A DNA stretch of 64,000 nt. It comes from Squalus acanthias (Eukaryota). Positions 14,256 to 27,963 of the stretch are shown here, one piece after another. The first letter of the stretch is position 1, and each line of letters starts with the position of its first letter. The notes under the pieces are model-generated. The model made no database searches. It was not told where the DNA came from and worked only from the letters and a program-made list of their open reading frames with translations. The DNA lies in assembly GCA_030390025.1 (NCBI GenBank), contig CM059431.1, positions 139,440,001 to 139,504,000 of the forward strand, in the 5' to 3' direction. The position numbers and the translations under genes are program-made.

Positions 14256-15119
14256 GGGTGGATTTCAAGTCAAACAATGCTCATTCGCTTCAGAACAGGG
14301 AGCGGCCTTTCTTGTCAAATCCAACCGGTTTGACAATTCGCTGCCGCTTCAAATGTGAACAAAGTTAATTATAAAATTTACTTTATGTTTGCTTGTTCCA
14401 GGGAAGTTCAGTGAAACAGAGGCAGGTTAGAAATAAATTGTGACATTTCCACCAGGAAAATTGCTAAAATTCCCTTTAATTTCCTAATGTTTGCGCCTTT
14501 ATCCCACGGCCCAATAGCCAGTGTCTTTTCAGTCAGCTGAGAGGAGACTGTTCTTTACGTGAGGCTTTAAACATTTAACCGCCGAATTCAACTATCCCTG
14601 AGCGTCAATCGACTCAGCTATTGGGGGAATGAGTACTGACTTTCCACAGTTACATTGGTCATTGGACATCTGCAGAAGATACATCCGTTTCATTGTTAGA
14701 CAGAAAAAGGACCATTCCTGTGATGTAGTCGGTATACATTTTGGTATCTCCTTATTTTCAGGGTGGTTGTCAGACTATAATAAATATGCCCTTCCCCGGG
14801 ATGGAGGTGTCTGAAGCCAGGAACTGTTTGAGGACAGATTCCGAGGGGCAGATTGCGATATTTCCTTTTTCTGGTTAATTTCCCCTCTATTTTGTGATCA
14901 AGATTAAGGATTCACTCGGGCGGGGGCACAGCCTGAAGCGGCGGTTCCAAACATCCCCCAATATTTTTTGTCTTCGTGTGAACTCTCTCGCTTGTTTCAC
15001 GCTATTGTTGTTTTAAGCTGAGCGTTTACTATTCTACGAAAAATTCACCCGAACAGGTTAATTCACTGTAAAATGATGGGTAAATGGTGGGTTTGCATGC
15101 AGCCGGATTGCATTAATTG

Positions 15120-15480
15120 TGGTGATTAAAATAATAAAAGGTTCGATAGAGTAGATCCAGAGAGAGATTGTCTCTGGTGGGCCAATCCAGTACAAGCGGG
15201 GACATTATTAAAATTAGACCTAGTCTGTTCAGGATTGAAATCAGAAAGCACTTTTTCACAAAATGGTTATTGGAAATTGTGGAATTCGCTCCCCCGCCCT
15301 CCCCAATAGCTGTGTATTCTGGGTCAATTCAATTTTTCAAGACTGATGCAGTTTTTTATTAGTTAAGTGGATCAAGTGAAATGAATCGCAGGCGGGTAAC
15401 TTGAGTTAAGGCAAAGATCAGCCATGATCTAATTATATGGCAGAACGGGCTCGAGGGGCTGAACGGCCTGTTCCTGTTTT
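15120..15480 (+). mobile_element. Old CR1 3' fragment (paralog ~28925-29275)
   Basis: Degenerate ..FRIEIRKHFFT.. followed by CR1 3' UTR GATCAGCCATGATC. Confidence 0.75.
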
Positions 15481-16199
15481 CCTCCATTTAATCATCGGTG
15501 GATCATCAATTCCAGCAAATGTTAAATGTGCCGTTTAACCGGAGTTTCTGCACAATGACTTCACTGCAGGGTTTGAACGTCCCGTATAAACGGACGTGAT
15601 TGGCTGTTTTTATTTAAGGCTGAGTTCCATCTGCTGTGAACTTCACAGAATTCCTGTGCAATAAAGATCAGACGAATCGAGGGCAAACTTTGTAAAATAT
15701 ATTTTAATAACAACTCACGGACTGTGTCCGGTCAGAATTAAACAGTGAGGCCCCGAAACGTTCCGGTGGTTTTACTTGATGGTTGTTCAAAACTTCCGTA
15801 CAAGAGATTCTCTGTCTGTAGATTTTAATTACAAAAGTCATGTAATTTCCGATTTCATGACCTGCTCAAATGCTGACCTGATGTGTTACAAGATGGGCCC
15901 TGGACTGGCAGCTCCCTGATGCTGTGCAACTCAATCCTTGGCCATCCGTTGCCCTTTCTCCCCAATCCCCTCTCTTCCACTGTTTAATTTCCCCTGGCTA
16001 TAATAGTGGGAGCATTTTAGCCCTAACTACAACTTAACTGCTGGTTTAAAGTTACCTGGGCCAAATGCCTAAAACTGCCCCCACCCCCACCTGCTCTTTG
16101 TTTCTCTGAGTGCACTCTGCATCTTTGCGCAAATTAAGCTTCGAAATTCCTGGCCTTCAGCACTACGCCTCTTCACCGGTGTACTCTGTACGTCTCAGG

Positions 16200-17435
16200 T
16201 GCTGTGTCTCTGATTTGGCATTCATTTGTTTAGTTTTCAGGTAACTTGGTCTGGTTTCTGCTCAGAAATTCACTCTCCTGGGCCGAAATCCATTTGTCTT
16301 CTGCCTCTGGAGTTTGTGGTGATCTCCAGCTACGCCACGGTTTTTTCTGCTCCACCATCGATTCTGCACTTCCCCTGGCTCTTCAGTCACATGGGAATAC
16401 CTCCAGCAGTGCGTCCTCTGAAACTCTACCCTTTAAACAGCTGCGAGACTCACTTGCCCTCCACAACTGTCTCCGAAACTGGACATCAGTTTGTCAATGC
16501 TCCAAGCTGAGTCCACCCTACCGACGGCAGCTGTATCCCACCACGGGATCTCTGACTCTAATACTGAGCTCCTTCCTATTGTCTCATCTCTAGTTATCAA
16601 TATGTAACCAGGCTTATGTAACTTGAGTTTCCTGTGTCCATTCGCCTGCGCATTTTGGCTGCTGCTCCTGACCAAAGCCCATCACTCCCATTTCCCCCTT
16701 TTATTTCTCTTTACTACTCCTAGACCCGTTCTCCTGTCGTCTTGCATCTTTTCATTTTCCCCTCTCGAGTACTCGGCCCTCCCAGATCTCTACCATAACC
16801 CTTCAGCACTCCTCGACCTTCCTACTCTCCTGCCGCTGTCCCAGGCTTGAAACGCTCTTAGAAAAGCCAACAGCTTCACTCTGTGTCTCTCTTGGCATCC
16901 TCTGAAGGGCCCATCGAGGCCCTTGTCGCTGCCTCCTCACGAGCAGCAAACCCAAAAGTCCCATCCTATTATCTCGCCATCCTTCCCACCCAGCACGGCC
17001 GATGGGCACGAATCTTGCCAAACTTCTTCCCGCCCCACTGACTCCTTCAAATGCTGACCCTGTGGACTCTGCCACGGGATCAGCTTTCACCGCATCTCCC
17101 CCAGAATCTCTGTTCACTTGAGAACAAGGTCCTTGCAATCGTTGAGCGTATTGTGGATGATTGCAGCGACATCATGCCCTTGATGGAAACCTAGCTGAGT
17201 GATGATGATACTTTTCACCTTAATGAACCCTCCCCGCCCGGTTGTACCTTCCTCCACTCGCCCCGCCTAAACCAGAATGGTGGCAGTTTGGCAAATCACA
17301 CCTTGATCAGTCCCCATAATCCACTGGCACCTTCTCCTGCTCGTTCCACCACTTTCACCTTTCATTTAGACTCCTCATTCTCTACCGACCTCCAAAGTAC
17401 CACGTCAAATTTCTCACCGAGATTTCTTCACTACT
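16200..17435 (+). mobile_element. L2 LINE 5' portion running into the APE endonuclease region; 5' boundary uncertain (paralog ~30060-32005)
   Basis: 17150-17290 reads IVDDCSDIMPLMET*LSDDDTF.LNE..PPG; the paralog reads DCIDIMALTETW and FLILGDFNLH. Confidence 0.65.
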
Positions 17436-17436
17436 T

Positions 17437-18500
17437 TGGTGTTGGGGGCTTGTCACGCTGACGGAGGATACACAGACAGGGAGGGACCAGATCATAAAGG
17501 GATCTAAACATGTGAATGAGAGTTTTACTCAGGAGCTGCGAGCGGAGCAGTATCTAATATAGGTTCTCAAGGACAGGGGTGATTGGTGAGCAGGCTTTCT
17601 GATGCACAAAAGTTTAAGGAGGGTGAAAGGAGCAAAGCCGGCCCGAAGAGGATTGTAAAAATCGAGACTGCAAGCGATAAAACCTTGCACGAGAGATTCA
17701 GCAGCAGGTGGGCTGAAGCAGGCCGAGGATGGACGATGTCATGCAGTTGGGAGAAGCCGGTCTTTGTGAGAGAGGAGAACGAGTCGGAAGATCAGCTTGG
17801 GGCCAAATAGCACGCTGAGGTGGTGAACCGTCTGGTTCAATCCGAGACATTGGCTGGGACGGGGATGGAATCACTGGCGAGGGAACATAATTCGTTGTGG
17901 GGCCGAAGACCATGTCGTCGGTCTTTCCAGTGTTCAACTGGTGAATTTGTAGTTCATCAAGGACTGGATGTTGGACGAGCAGCGTGGGCAAGCAGAGGCA
18001 GGGGAGGGGTCGAGAGAGGTGGTGGAGAAGTAGAGCAGTGTTCTCAGAGTACGCGTGAAAGCCGAACCTCCCGATAATGTCTCCAAGGGGCAGCATGAAG
18101 ATGAGAAATAAAAGTAGGTTGGGGGAGAGATAGATCAATAGGGGACTCCAGAACTAACAGGGCGGGAACAGGAAGAGAAGCCATTGATGAAGTTTCTCTG
18201 TTTAAGAGTGGATGGGTAAAAGGGGAACCAAGTGAGGGCAGTCTCACTGAGCGAGAAAACAGGAGAGGTGTTGCAGGAGGATATTGTGCTCGATCGTGTC
18301 AAGGACTGCAGAGCAGAATGAGGAGGGATAGTTTACCACGGTCATTGTCATAGATGGTATTATTTGTGACTTTGATCGTCATATTAGTGTTGTGGCAGGA
18401 GCGGAAACCAGATTAGAGCGATTCAAACATGGAGTCGTGAGAAATTTGGGCAGAGATTCGGGAGGTGACAAACCATCGAGAGGAAACGGAGACTGGAGAT
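17437..18500 (-). mobile_element. L2 LINE ORF2 reverse-transcriptase fragment
   Basis: ORF 17698-18138(-): LLFLIFMLPLGDII..FHAYSENT (degenerate YADDT)..LNTGKT. Confidence 0.75.
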
Positions 18501-18771
18501 AGAGATACACATGTCTAACTCTTTACCCACGTGTCAAACTGGACGCGTCTCTGATCAAACCCTCTCCTCTGAAATACACAAGTCTCATTTGTGCTTTAAT
18601 GTTATAGAAAAAATTAAACTCCTTTCAATGTTACATAAATGTCCACGCTGGGAATCTCCCAGTTCCACAGGAGGAGTTTAGTTGCCGCAGGCTACAGAAT
18701 TAGAGCAAAGCTTCCGAAATGCTCTTTGCACCAAAATGCTTCCGAAAATGTGTCAGCGTCATTTCCCTTTT

Positions 18772-18940
18772 CAGACAGAATGTACAGCAGAGAAACAGGC
18801 CATTCCACCCGACCGGTCCATGTCGGTGTTCATACTTCACATGAGGCTCCTCCCATCTCTCTTCATCTAACCCTATCATCCTAACCCTCGGTTACTTTCT
18901 CCCTCATGTGTTTATCAAGCTTTCACATAAATGCGTCTTT
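18772..18940 (-). mobile_element. CR1-like 3' end fragment
   Basis: acagcagagaaacaggccattc..ccggtccatg matches the reverse complement of a CR1-type 3' UTR. Confidence 0.55.
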
Positions 18941-19089
18941 TCTTTGCAGACAGGCTCTGTAACCTGGATCTTGCCTTCTCACTGACCCTGTACTATTTAC
19001 CAATGATCCCTGGCTACAGCGCAGCCGGCTCACCGGATTTTAAAATCTGAAAAATGCGCAGGCGCGGTCTCTTAATGGGTCTATCACAC

Positions 19090-22000
19090 AGACACACACC
19101 CACACCCCGCTGACGCAGCATCACTCCCCACACACCCAGTCCCACACCCACACTCCAGTGACCCAGCATCACTCTCCACTCACCCAGCCAACACCCACAC
19201 CCCACTGACCCAGCATCACACTCCACTCACCCAGTCCCACACCCACACCCCACTGACCCAGCATCAAACTCCAATCACCCAGTCCCACACCCACACCCCA
19301 CTGACCCAGCATCACTCTCCACTCACTCAGTCCCACACCCACACCCCACTGACCCAGCATCACTCTCCACTCACCCAGCCACACACGCACTCCCCACTGA
19401 CCCAGCATCACTCTCCACTCACCCAGCCCCACATCAACACCCCAGTGACCCAGCATCACACTCCACTCACCCAGCACCACACCAACACCCTACTGACCCA
19501 GCATCACTCTCCACTCACCCAGACCCACACACACAACCCACTGACCCAGCATCACTCTCCACTCACCCAGACCAACACACACACCCCACTGATCCAGCAT
19601 CACTCTCCACTCACCCAGACCAACACACACACCCCACTGATCCAGCATCACTCTTCACTCACCCAGCCCCACACCCATACCCCACTGACCCAGCATCACT
19701 CTCCACTCACCCAGACCCACACCCCACTGACCCAGCATCACTGTCCACTCACCCAGCCCCACATCCACACCACACTGACCCAGCATCACTCTCCACTCAC
19801 CCAGCCCCACACCAACACCGCACTGACCCAGCATCACTCTCCACTCACCCAGCCACACACCCACACCCCACTGACCCAGCATCACTCTCCACTCACCCAG
19901 CCACACACCCACACCCCACTGACCCAGCATCACTCTCCACTCACCCAGCCACACACCCTCACCCCACTGACCCAGCATCACTCTCCACTCACCCAGCCAC
20001 ACATGCACTCCCCACTGACCCAGCATCACTCTCCACTCACCCAGCCCCACTCCCCAGTAACCCAGCTTCACTCTCCACTCACCCAGCCCCACATCCACAC
20101 CCCACTGACCGAGCATCACTCTCCACTCACCCAGACCCACACCCCACTGACCGAGCATCACTCTCCACTCACAAAGCCCCACACCAACACCCCTGTGACA
20201 CGGCATCACTCTCCACTCATCCAGACCCACACCCCACTGAACCAGCATCACTCTCCACTCACCCAGACCCACACCCCACTGACCCAGCATCACTCTCCAC
20301 TCACCCAGCCCCACACCAACACCCCAGTGACACAGCATCACTCTCCACTCATCCAGACCCACACCCCACTGACCCAGCATCACTCTCCACTCACCCAGAC
20401 CCACACCAACACCCCAGTGACAGAGCATCACTCTCCACTCACCCAGCCCCACACCCAAACTCCACTCACCCATCATCACACTCCACGCACCCAGACCCAC
20501 ACCAACGCCCCACTGACCCAGCATCACTCTCCACTCACCCAGCCCCACACCAACGCCCCACTGACCCAGCATCACTCTCCACTCACACAGCCCCACACCA
20601 ACACCCCACTGACCCAGCATCACTCTCCACTCACACAGCCCCACACCAACACCCCACTGACCCAGCATCACTCTCCACTCACCTAGCCCCACATCAAAAC
20701 CCCACTGATCCAGCATCACTCTCCACCACCCTGTCCCACACCAACACCCCACTGACCCAGCATCACTCTCCACTCACACAGCCCCACACCAGCACCTCAC
20801 TGACACAGAATCACTCTCCACTCACCCAGACCCACAGCCAACTGACCCAGCATCACTCTCCACTCACACAGACCCACAGCCAACTGACCCAGCATCACTC
20901 TCCACTCACACAGACCAACACCCCACTGAACCAGCATCACTCTCCACTCACCCAGCCCCACACCAACACCCGACTGAACCAGCATCACTCTCCACTCACC
21001 CAGCCCCACACCATCACCCCAGTGACCCAGCATCACTCTCCTCTCACCCAGACCCACACCAACACCCGACTGAACCAGCATCACTCTCCACTCACCCAGC
21101 CCCACACCAACACCCTACTGACCCAGCATCACTCTCCACTCACCCATCCCCACACCATCACCCCAGTGACCCAGCATCACTCTCCACTCACCCAGACCCA
21201 CACCCCACTGAACCAGCATCACACTCCACTCATCCAGACCCACACCCCATTGACCCAGCATCACTCTCCACTCACCCAGCCCCACACCCACACCCCACTG
21301 ACCCAGCATCACTCTCCACTCACCCATCCCCACACCATCACCCCAGTGACCCAGCATCACTCTCCACTCACCCAGACCCACACCCCACTGAACCAGCATC
21401 ACACTCCACTCATCCAGACCCACACCCCATTGACCCAGCATCACTCTCCACTCACCCAGTCCCACACCCACACCCCACTGAGCCAGCATCACTCTCCACT
21501 CACCCAGCCCCACACCCACACCCCACTGACCCAGCATCACTCTCCACTCACCCAGCCACACACAAACACCCCACTGACCCAGCATCACTCTCCACTCACC
21601 CAGCCACACACCCACAACCCACTGACCCAGCATCACATTCCACTGAATCAGCCCCACACAAACACCCCACTGACCCAGCATCACTCTCCACTCACCCAGC
21701 CACACACCCACAACCCACTGACGCAGCATCACTCTCCACTCACCCAGCCCCACACCAACACCCCAGTGACCGAGCATCACTCTCCTCTCACCCAGACCCA
21801 CACCTACTCCCCACTGACCCAGCATCACTCTCCACTCACCCAGCCCCACACCAACACCACACTGACCCAGCATCACTCTCCTCTCACCCAGACCCACACC
21901 AACACCCCACTGACCCAGCATCACTCTCCACTCACTTAGCCCCACACCAACACCCGAGTGATCCAGCATGACAGTCCACTCACCCAGCCCGACACCAACA

Positions 22001-25000
22001 CCTCAGTGACCCAGCATCACTCACCACTCACTCAACCCCACACCAACACCCCACTCGCCCAGCATCACTCTCCACTCACCCAGACCAACACGCCAGTGAC
22101 CCAGCATCACTCTCCACTCACCCAGTCCCACACCAACACCCCAAACAACCAGCATCACTCTCCACTCAACCAGCCCCACACCAACACCCCAGTGACCCAG
22201 CATCACTCTCCAATCACCAGCCCCACATCCTCACCCCACTGACCCAGCATCAATCGCCTCTCACCCAGCCCCACACCAACACCCCTCTGTACCAGCATCA
22301 CTCTCCTCTCAACCAGCCCCACACCAAAACCCCACTGACCCAGCATCACTCTCCACTCACCCAGCCCCACACCCCAGTAACCCAGCATCACTCTCCTCTC
22401 ACCCAGCCCCACATCAACACCCCAGTGATCCAGCATCAATCTCCACTCACCCAGCTCCACACCAATACCCCACTGACCCACAATCACTCTCCACTCACCC
22501 AGACCCACACCCACACCCCAGTGACACAGCATCACACTACACTGACTCAGCCCCACACACACACCCCACTGAGCCAGCATCACTCTCCTCTCACCCAGCC
22601 CCACACCCCACTGACGAAGGCCCACACCCACACCCAACTGACCCAGCATCACTCTCCAATCACCCATACCCACACCCACACCCCAGTGACCCAGCATCAC
22701 TCTCCACTCACCCAGCCCCACACCCACACCCCACTGACCCAGCATCACTCTCCACTCACCCAGTCCCACACCCCACTGAGCCAGCATCAAACTCCACTCA
22801 CCCAGACATACAGCCCACTGACCCAGCATCACTCTCCACTCACCCAGCCCCACACCCACAACCCACTGACCCAGCATCACTCTCCACTCACCCAGCCCCA
22901 CACCAACACCCCACTGACCCAGTATCACACTCCACTGAATCAGCCGCACACAAACACCCCACTGAGCCAGCATCAAACTCCACTCACCCAGACATACAGC
23001 CCACTGACCCAGCATCACTCTCCACTCACCCAGCCCCACACCAACACCACACTGACCCAGCATCACTCTCCACTCACCCAGCCACACACCCACAACCCAC
23101 TGACCCAGCATCACTCTCAACTAACCCAGTCCCACACCAACACCCCACTGACCCAGCATCACTCTCAACTCACTTAGCCCCACACCAACACCTGAGTGAT
23201 CCAGCATGACATTCCACTCAACCAGCCCGACACCAACACCTCAGTGACCCAGCATCACTCACCACTCACTCAACCCCACACCAACATCCCACTCACCCAG
23301 CATCACTCTCCACTCACCCAGACCAACACCCCACTGACCCAGCATCATTCTCCACTCACCGAGCCCCACAGCAACACTCCACTCACCCAGCCTGACACCA
23401 ACACCTCAGTGACCCTGCAACACTCACCACTCACCCAGCTCCACAACAACACCCCTCTGACCCAGCATCACTCTCCACTCACCCAGCACCACACCAACAC
23501 CCCAATGAACCAGCATCACTCTCCACTCACGCAGACCCACACCCCACTGACCCAGCATCACTCTCCACTCACCCAGCCCTACACCCCAGTAACCCAGCAT
23601 CACTCTGCTCTCACCCAGCACCTCACCAACACCCCAATGACCCAGCATCAATCTCCACTCACCCAGCCCCACAACAACACCCTACTGACCCAGCATCAAT
23701 CTCCACTCATCCAGTCACACACCAACACCCCACTGACCCAGCATCACTCTCCACTTACGCAGACCCACACCCCACCGACCCAGCATCACTCATCACTCAC
23801 CCAGACTCAGACCCAACTGACCCAGCATCACACTCCACTCACCCAGCACCACACAAACACCCAGTGACCCAGCATCACTCTCCACACACCCAGCCCCACA
23901 GGAACACCCGTGACCCAGCATCACTCTCCACTCACCCAGCCCCACAGGAACACCCGTGACCCAGCATCACTCTCCACTCACCCAGACTCACACCCCACTG
24001 AACAGCATCAAACTCCACTCACCCAGCACCACACAAACACCCCAGTGACCCAGCATCACTCTCCACACACCCAGCCCCACAGGAACACCAGTGACCCAGC
24101 ATCACTCTCCACTCACCGATTCCCACAGCAACACCCCACTCACAAAGCATCACTCTCCAATTACCAGCCCCACACCCTCACCCCACTGACACAGCATCAC
24201 TCTCCACTCACCCAGAATAACACCCCAGTGACCCAGCATCACTCTCCACTCACCCAGACCCACACCAACACCCGACTGAACCAGCATCACTCTCCACTCA
24301 CCCAGCCCCACACCAACACCCTACTGACCCAGCATCACTCTCCTCTCACCCAGCCCCACACCAACAACCCACTGATCCAGCATCACTCTCCACTCACCCA
24401 GCCCCACACCAACACCCTACTAACCCAGCATCACTCTCCACTCACCCAGCCCCACAGCAATACTCCACTGAACCAGTATCACTCTCCACTTACCCACCCC
24501 TACACCAACACCCCACTGACCCAGCATCTCACTCCACTCACCCAGCCTCACACCAACACACCACTGACCCAGCATCACTCTCCACTCACCCAGCCCCACA
24601 CCAACACCCTACTGACCCAGCATCAATCTCCACTCATCCAGTCACACACCAACACCCCACTGACCCAGCATCACTCTCCACTTACGCAGACCCACACCCC
24701 ACCGACCCAGCATCACTCATCACTCACCCAGACTCAGACCCAACTGACCCAGCATCACACTCCACTCACCCAGCACCACACAAACACCCCAGTGACCCAG
24801 CATCACTCTCCACACACCCAGCCCCACAGGAACACCCGTGACCCAGCATCACTCTCCACTCACCCAGCCCCACAGGAACACCCGTGACCCAGCATCACTC
24901 TCCACTCACCCAGACTCACACCCCACTGAACAGCATCAAACTCCACTCACCCAGCACCACACAAACACCCCAGTGACCCAGCATCACTCTCCACTCACCG

Positions 25001-27785
25001 ATACCCACAGCAACACCCCACTCACAAAGCATCACTCTCCAATTACCAGCCCCACACCCTCACCCCACTGACACAGCATCACTCTCCTCTCACCCAGCCC
25101 CACACCAACAACCGTCTGATCCAGCATCACTCTCCACTCACCCAGCCCCACACCCACACCCTACTGACCCAGCATCACTCTCCTCTCACCCAGCCCCACA
25201 CCAACAACCGTCTGATCCAGCATCACTCTCCACTCACCCAGCCCCACACCCACACCCTACTGACCCAGCATCACTCTCCACTCACCCAGCCCCACACCAA
25301 CACCCTACTAACCCAGCATCACTCTCCACTTACCCAGCCTCACACCAACAGACTACTGATCCAGCATTACTCTCCACTCACCCAGCCCCACACCAAAACC
25401 CCACTGTTCCAGCATCACTCTCCACTCACCCAGTCCCACACCAACACCCCACTGACCCAGCAGCAATCTCCACTCACGCAGACCCACACCCCACTGACCC
25501 AGCATCACTCTCCACTCACCCAGCCACACACCAACACCCCACTGAACCAGCATCACTCTCCACTCACCCAGCCACACACCAACACCCCAGTGACCCAGCA
25601 TCACTCTCCACTCACCCAGCCCCACACCCACACCCCACTGACCCATCCCCCCAGTTCCGTCCACCGTGACCCAGCATCACTCTCCACTCACCCAGCCCCA
25701 CACCCACACTCCAGTGACCCAGCATCACTCTCCACTCACCCAGCCCAGACCCCACTGACCCAGCATCACTCTCCACTCACCCAGCTCCACACCAGCAGCT
25801 CACTGACCAAGCATCACTCTCCACTCACCCAGCCCCACACCCACACTCCAGTGACCCAGCATCACTCTCCACTCACCCAGCCCAGACCCCAATGACCCAG
25901 CATCAATCTCCACTCACCCAGCCCCACACCAACACCCTACTGACCCAGCATCAATCTCCACTCATCCAGTCACACACCAACACCCCACTGACCCAGCATC
26001 ACTCTCCACTTACGTAGACCCACACCCCACCGACCCAGCATCACTCATCACTCACCCAGACTCAGACCCAACTGACCCAGCATCACACTCCACTCACCCA
26101 GCACCACACAAACACCCCAGTGACCCAGCATCACTCTCCACACACCCAGCCCCACAGGAACACCCGTGACCCAGCATCACTCTCCACTCACCCAGCCCCA
26201 CAGGAACACCCGTGACCCAGCATCACTCTCCACTCACCCAGACTCACACCCCACTGAACAGCATCAAACTCCACTCACCCAGCACCACACAAACACCCCA
26301 CTGACCCAGCATCACTCTCCACACACCCAGCCCCACAGGAACACCAGTGACCCAGCATCACTCTCCACTCACCGATACCCACAGCAACACCCCACTCACA
26401 AAGCATCACTCTCCAATTACCAGCCCCACACCCTCACCCCACTGACACAGCATCACTCTCCACTCACCCAGAATAACACCCCAGTGACCCAGCATCACTC
26501 TCCTCTCACCCAGCCCTACACCAACACCCCACTGACCCAGCATCACTCTCCACGCACCCAGACCCACACCAACACCCGACTGAACCAGCATCACTCTCCA
26601 CTCACCCAGCCCCACACCAACACCCTACTGACCCAGCATCACTCTCCACTCATCCAGCCCCACACCAACACCCTACTAACCCAGCATCACTCTCCACTTA
26701 CCCACCCCTACACCAACACCCCACTGACCCAGCATCTCACTCCACTCACCCAGCCTCACACCAACACACCACTGACCCAGCATCACTCTCCACTCACCCA
26801 GCCCCACACTCACACCCTACTGACCCAGCATCACTCTCCTCTCACCCAGCCCCACACCAACAACCCTCTGATCCAGCATCACTCTCTACTCACCCAGCCC
26901 CACACCAACACCCTACTAACCCAGCATCACTCTCCACTTACCCAGCCTCACACCAACAGACTACTGATCCAGCATTACTCTCCACTCACCCAGCCCCACA
27001 CCAAAACCCCACTGTTCCAGCATCACTCTCCACTCACCCAGTCCCACACCAACACCCCACTGACCCAGCAGCAATCTCCGCTCACGCAGACCCACACCCC
27101 ACTGACCCAGCATCACTCTCCACTCACCCAGCCCCACACGAACACACGTGACCCAGCATCACTCTCCACTCACCCAGCCACACACCAACACCCCACTGAA
27201 CCAGCATCACTCTCCACTCACCCAGCCACACACCAACACCCCAGTGACCCAGCATCACTCTCCACTCACCCAGCCCCACACCCACACCCCACTGACCCAT
27301 CCCCCCAGTTCCGTCCACCGTGACCCAGCATCACTCTCTACTCACTCAGCCCCACACCCATACCCCAGTGACCCAGCATCACTCTCCACTCACCCAGCCC
27401 CACACCCACACTCCAGTGACCCAGCATCACTCTCCACTCACCCAGCCCAGACCCCACTGACCCAGCATCACTCTCCACTCACCCAGCCCAGACCCCACTG
27501 ACCCAGCATCACTCTCCACTCACCCAGCTCCACACCAGCAGCTCACTGACCAAGCATCACTCTCCACTCACCCAGCACCACACCCACACCCCAGTGTCCC
27601 AGCATCACTGTCCACTCACCCAGCCCCACACCAACACCCCACTGACCCAGCATCACTCTCCACTCACCCAGCTCCACACCAACACCCCACTGACCCAGCA
27701 TCACTCTCCACTCACCCAGCCCCACACCCACAACCCACTGACCCAGCATCACTCTCCACTCACCCAGCTCCACACCAACAACCCA
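19090..27785. repeat. C-rich minisatellite array 2, 48-bp unit (42-bp variant) CCCCACTGACCCAGCATCACTCTCCACTCACCCAGCCCCACACCAACA, ~8.7 kb
   Basis: Directly visible; gives the 16-aa periodic translation PLTQHHSPLTQPHTNT. Confidence 0.97.
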
Positions 27786-27826
27786 GTGAAATATTACGTT
27801 GTTAAAAGTAGTAACCTCCTCCCGAC

Positions 27827-27963
27827 AATTTCAGAGTCTGAATAAACTTCCTTCCTCCACAAATTCCTCCACTGCCTGTTCTCTTCTATCCCGAGTGGAC
27901 ATCATTAATTGGTAAGCTGACAATCGTCGAAAATGCAGCATCTCGGCAGCTGTGGGCTTTGAA
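27827..27963 (-). other. Putative non-coding exon 2, copy 2 (137 bp, weakened donor)
   Basis: Acceptor ..CTGTTCACAG| retained; donor changed to AATT|GTCGGG; small internal deletions. Confidence 0.45.

Larger units (their letters stand above)
1228..17435. repeat. Segmental duplication module, copy 1 (most complete)
   Basis: Unique flanks recur: 1610-1790 ~ 18952-19085; 12602-13747 ~ 27786-28825 ~ 40501-41645; 13750-14887 ~ 41650-42805; 15035-17435 ~ 28830-31625. Confidence 0.88.

Noticed and set aside
19090..27785. CRISPR-like appearance (constant core with variable intervals)
   Set aside because: Intervals are variants of the same repeat, not unique spacers; eukaryotic context, no cas genes
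1970..27845. Gly/Val/Trp/Cys-rich and His/Thr/Pro-rich ORFs (keratin-associated- or extensin-like)
   Set aside because: Translations of 21/27/48-bp minisatellites, open in overlapping frames with scattered stops and frameshifts
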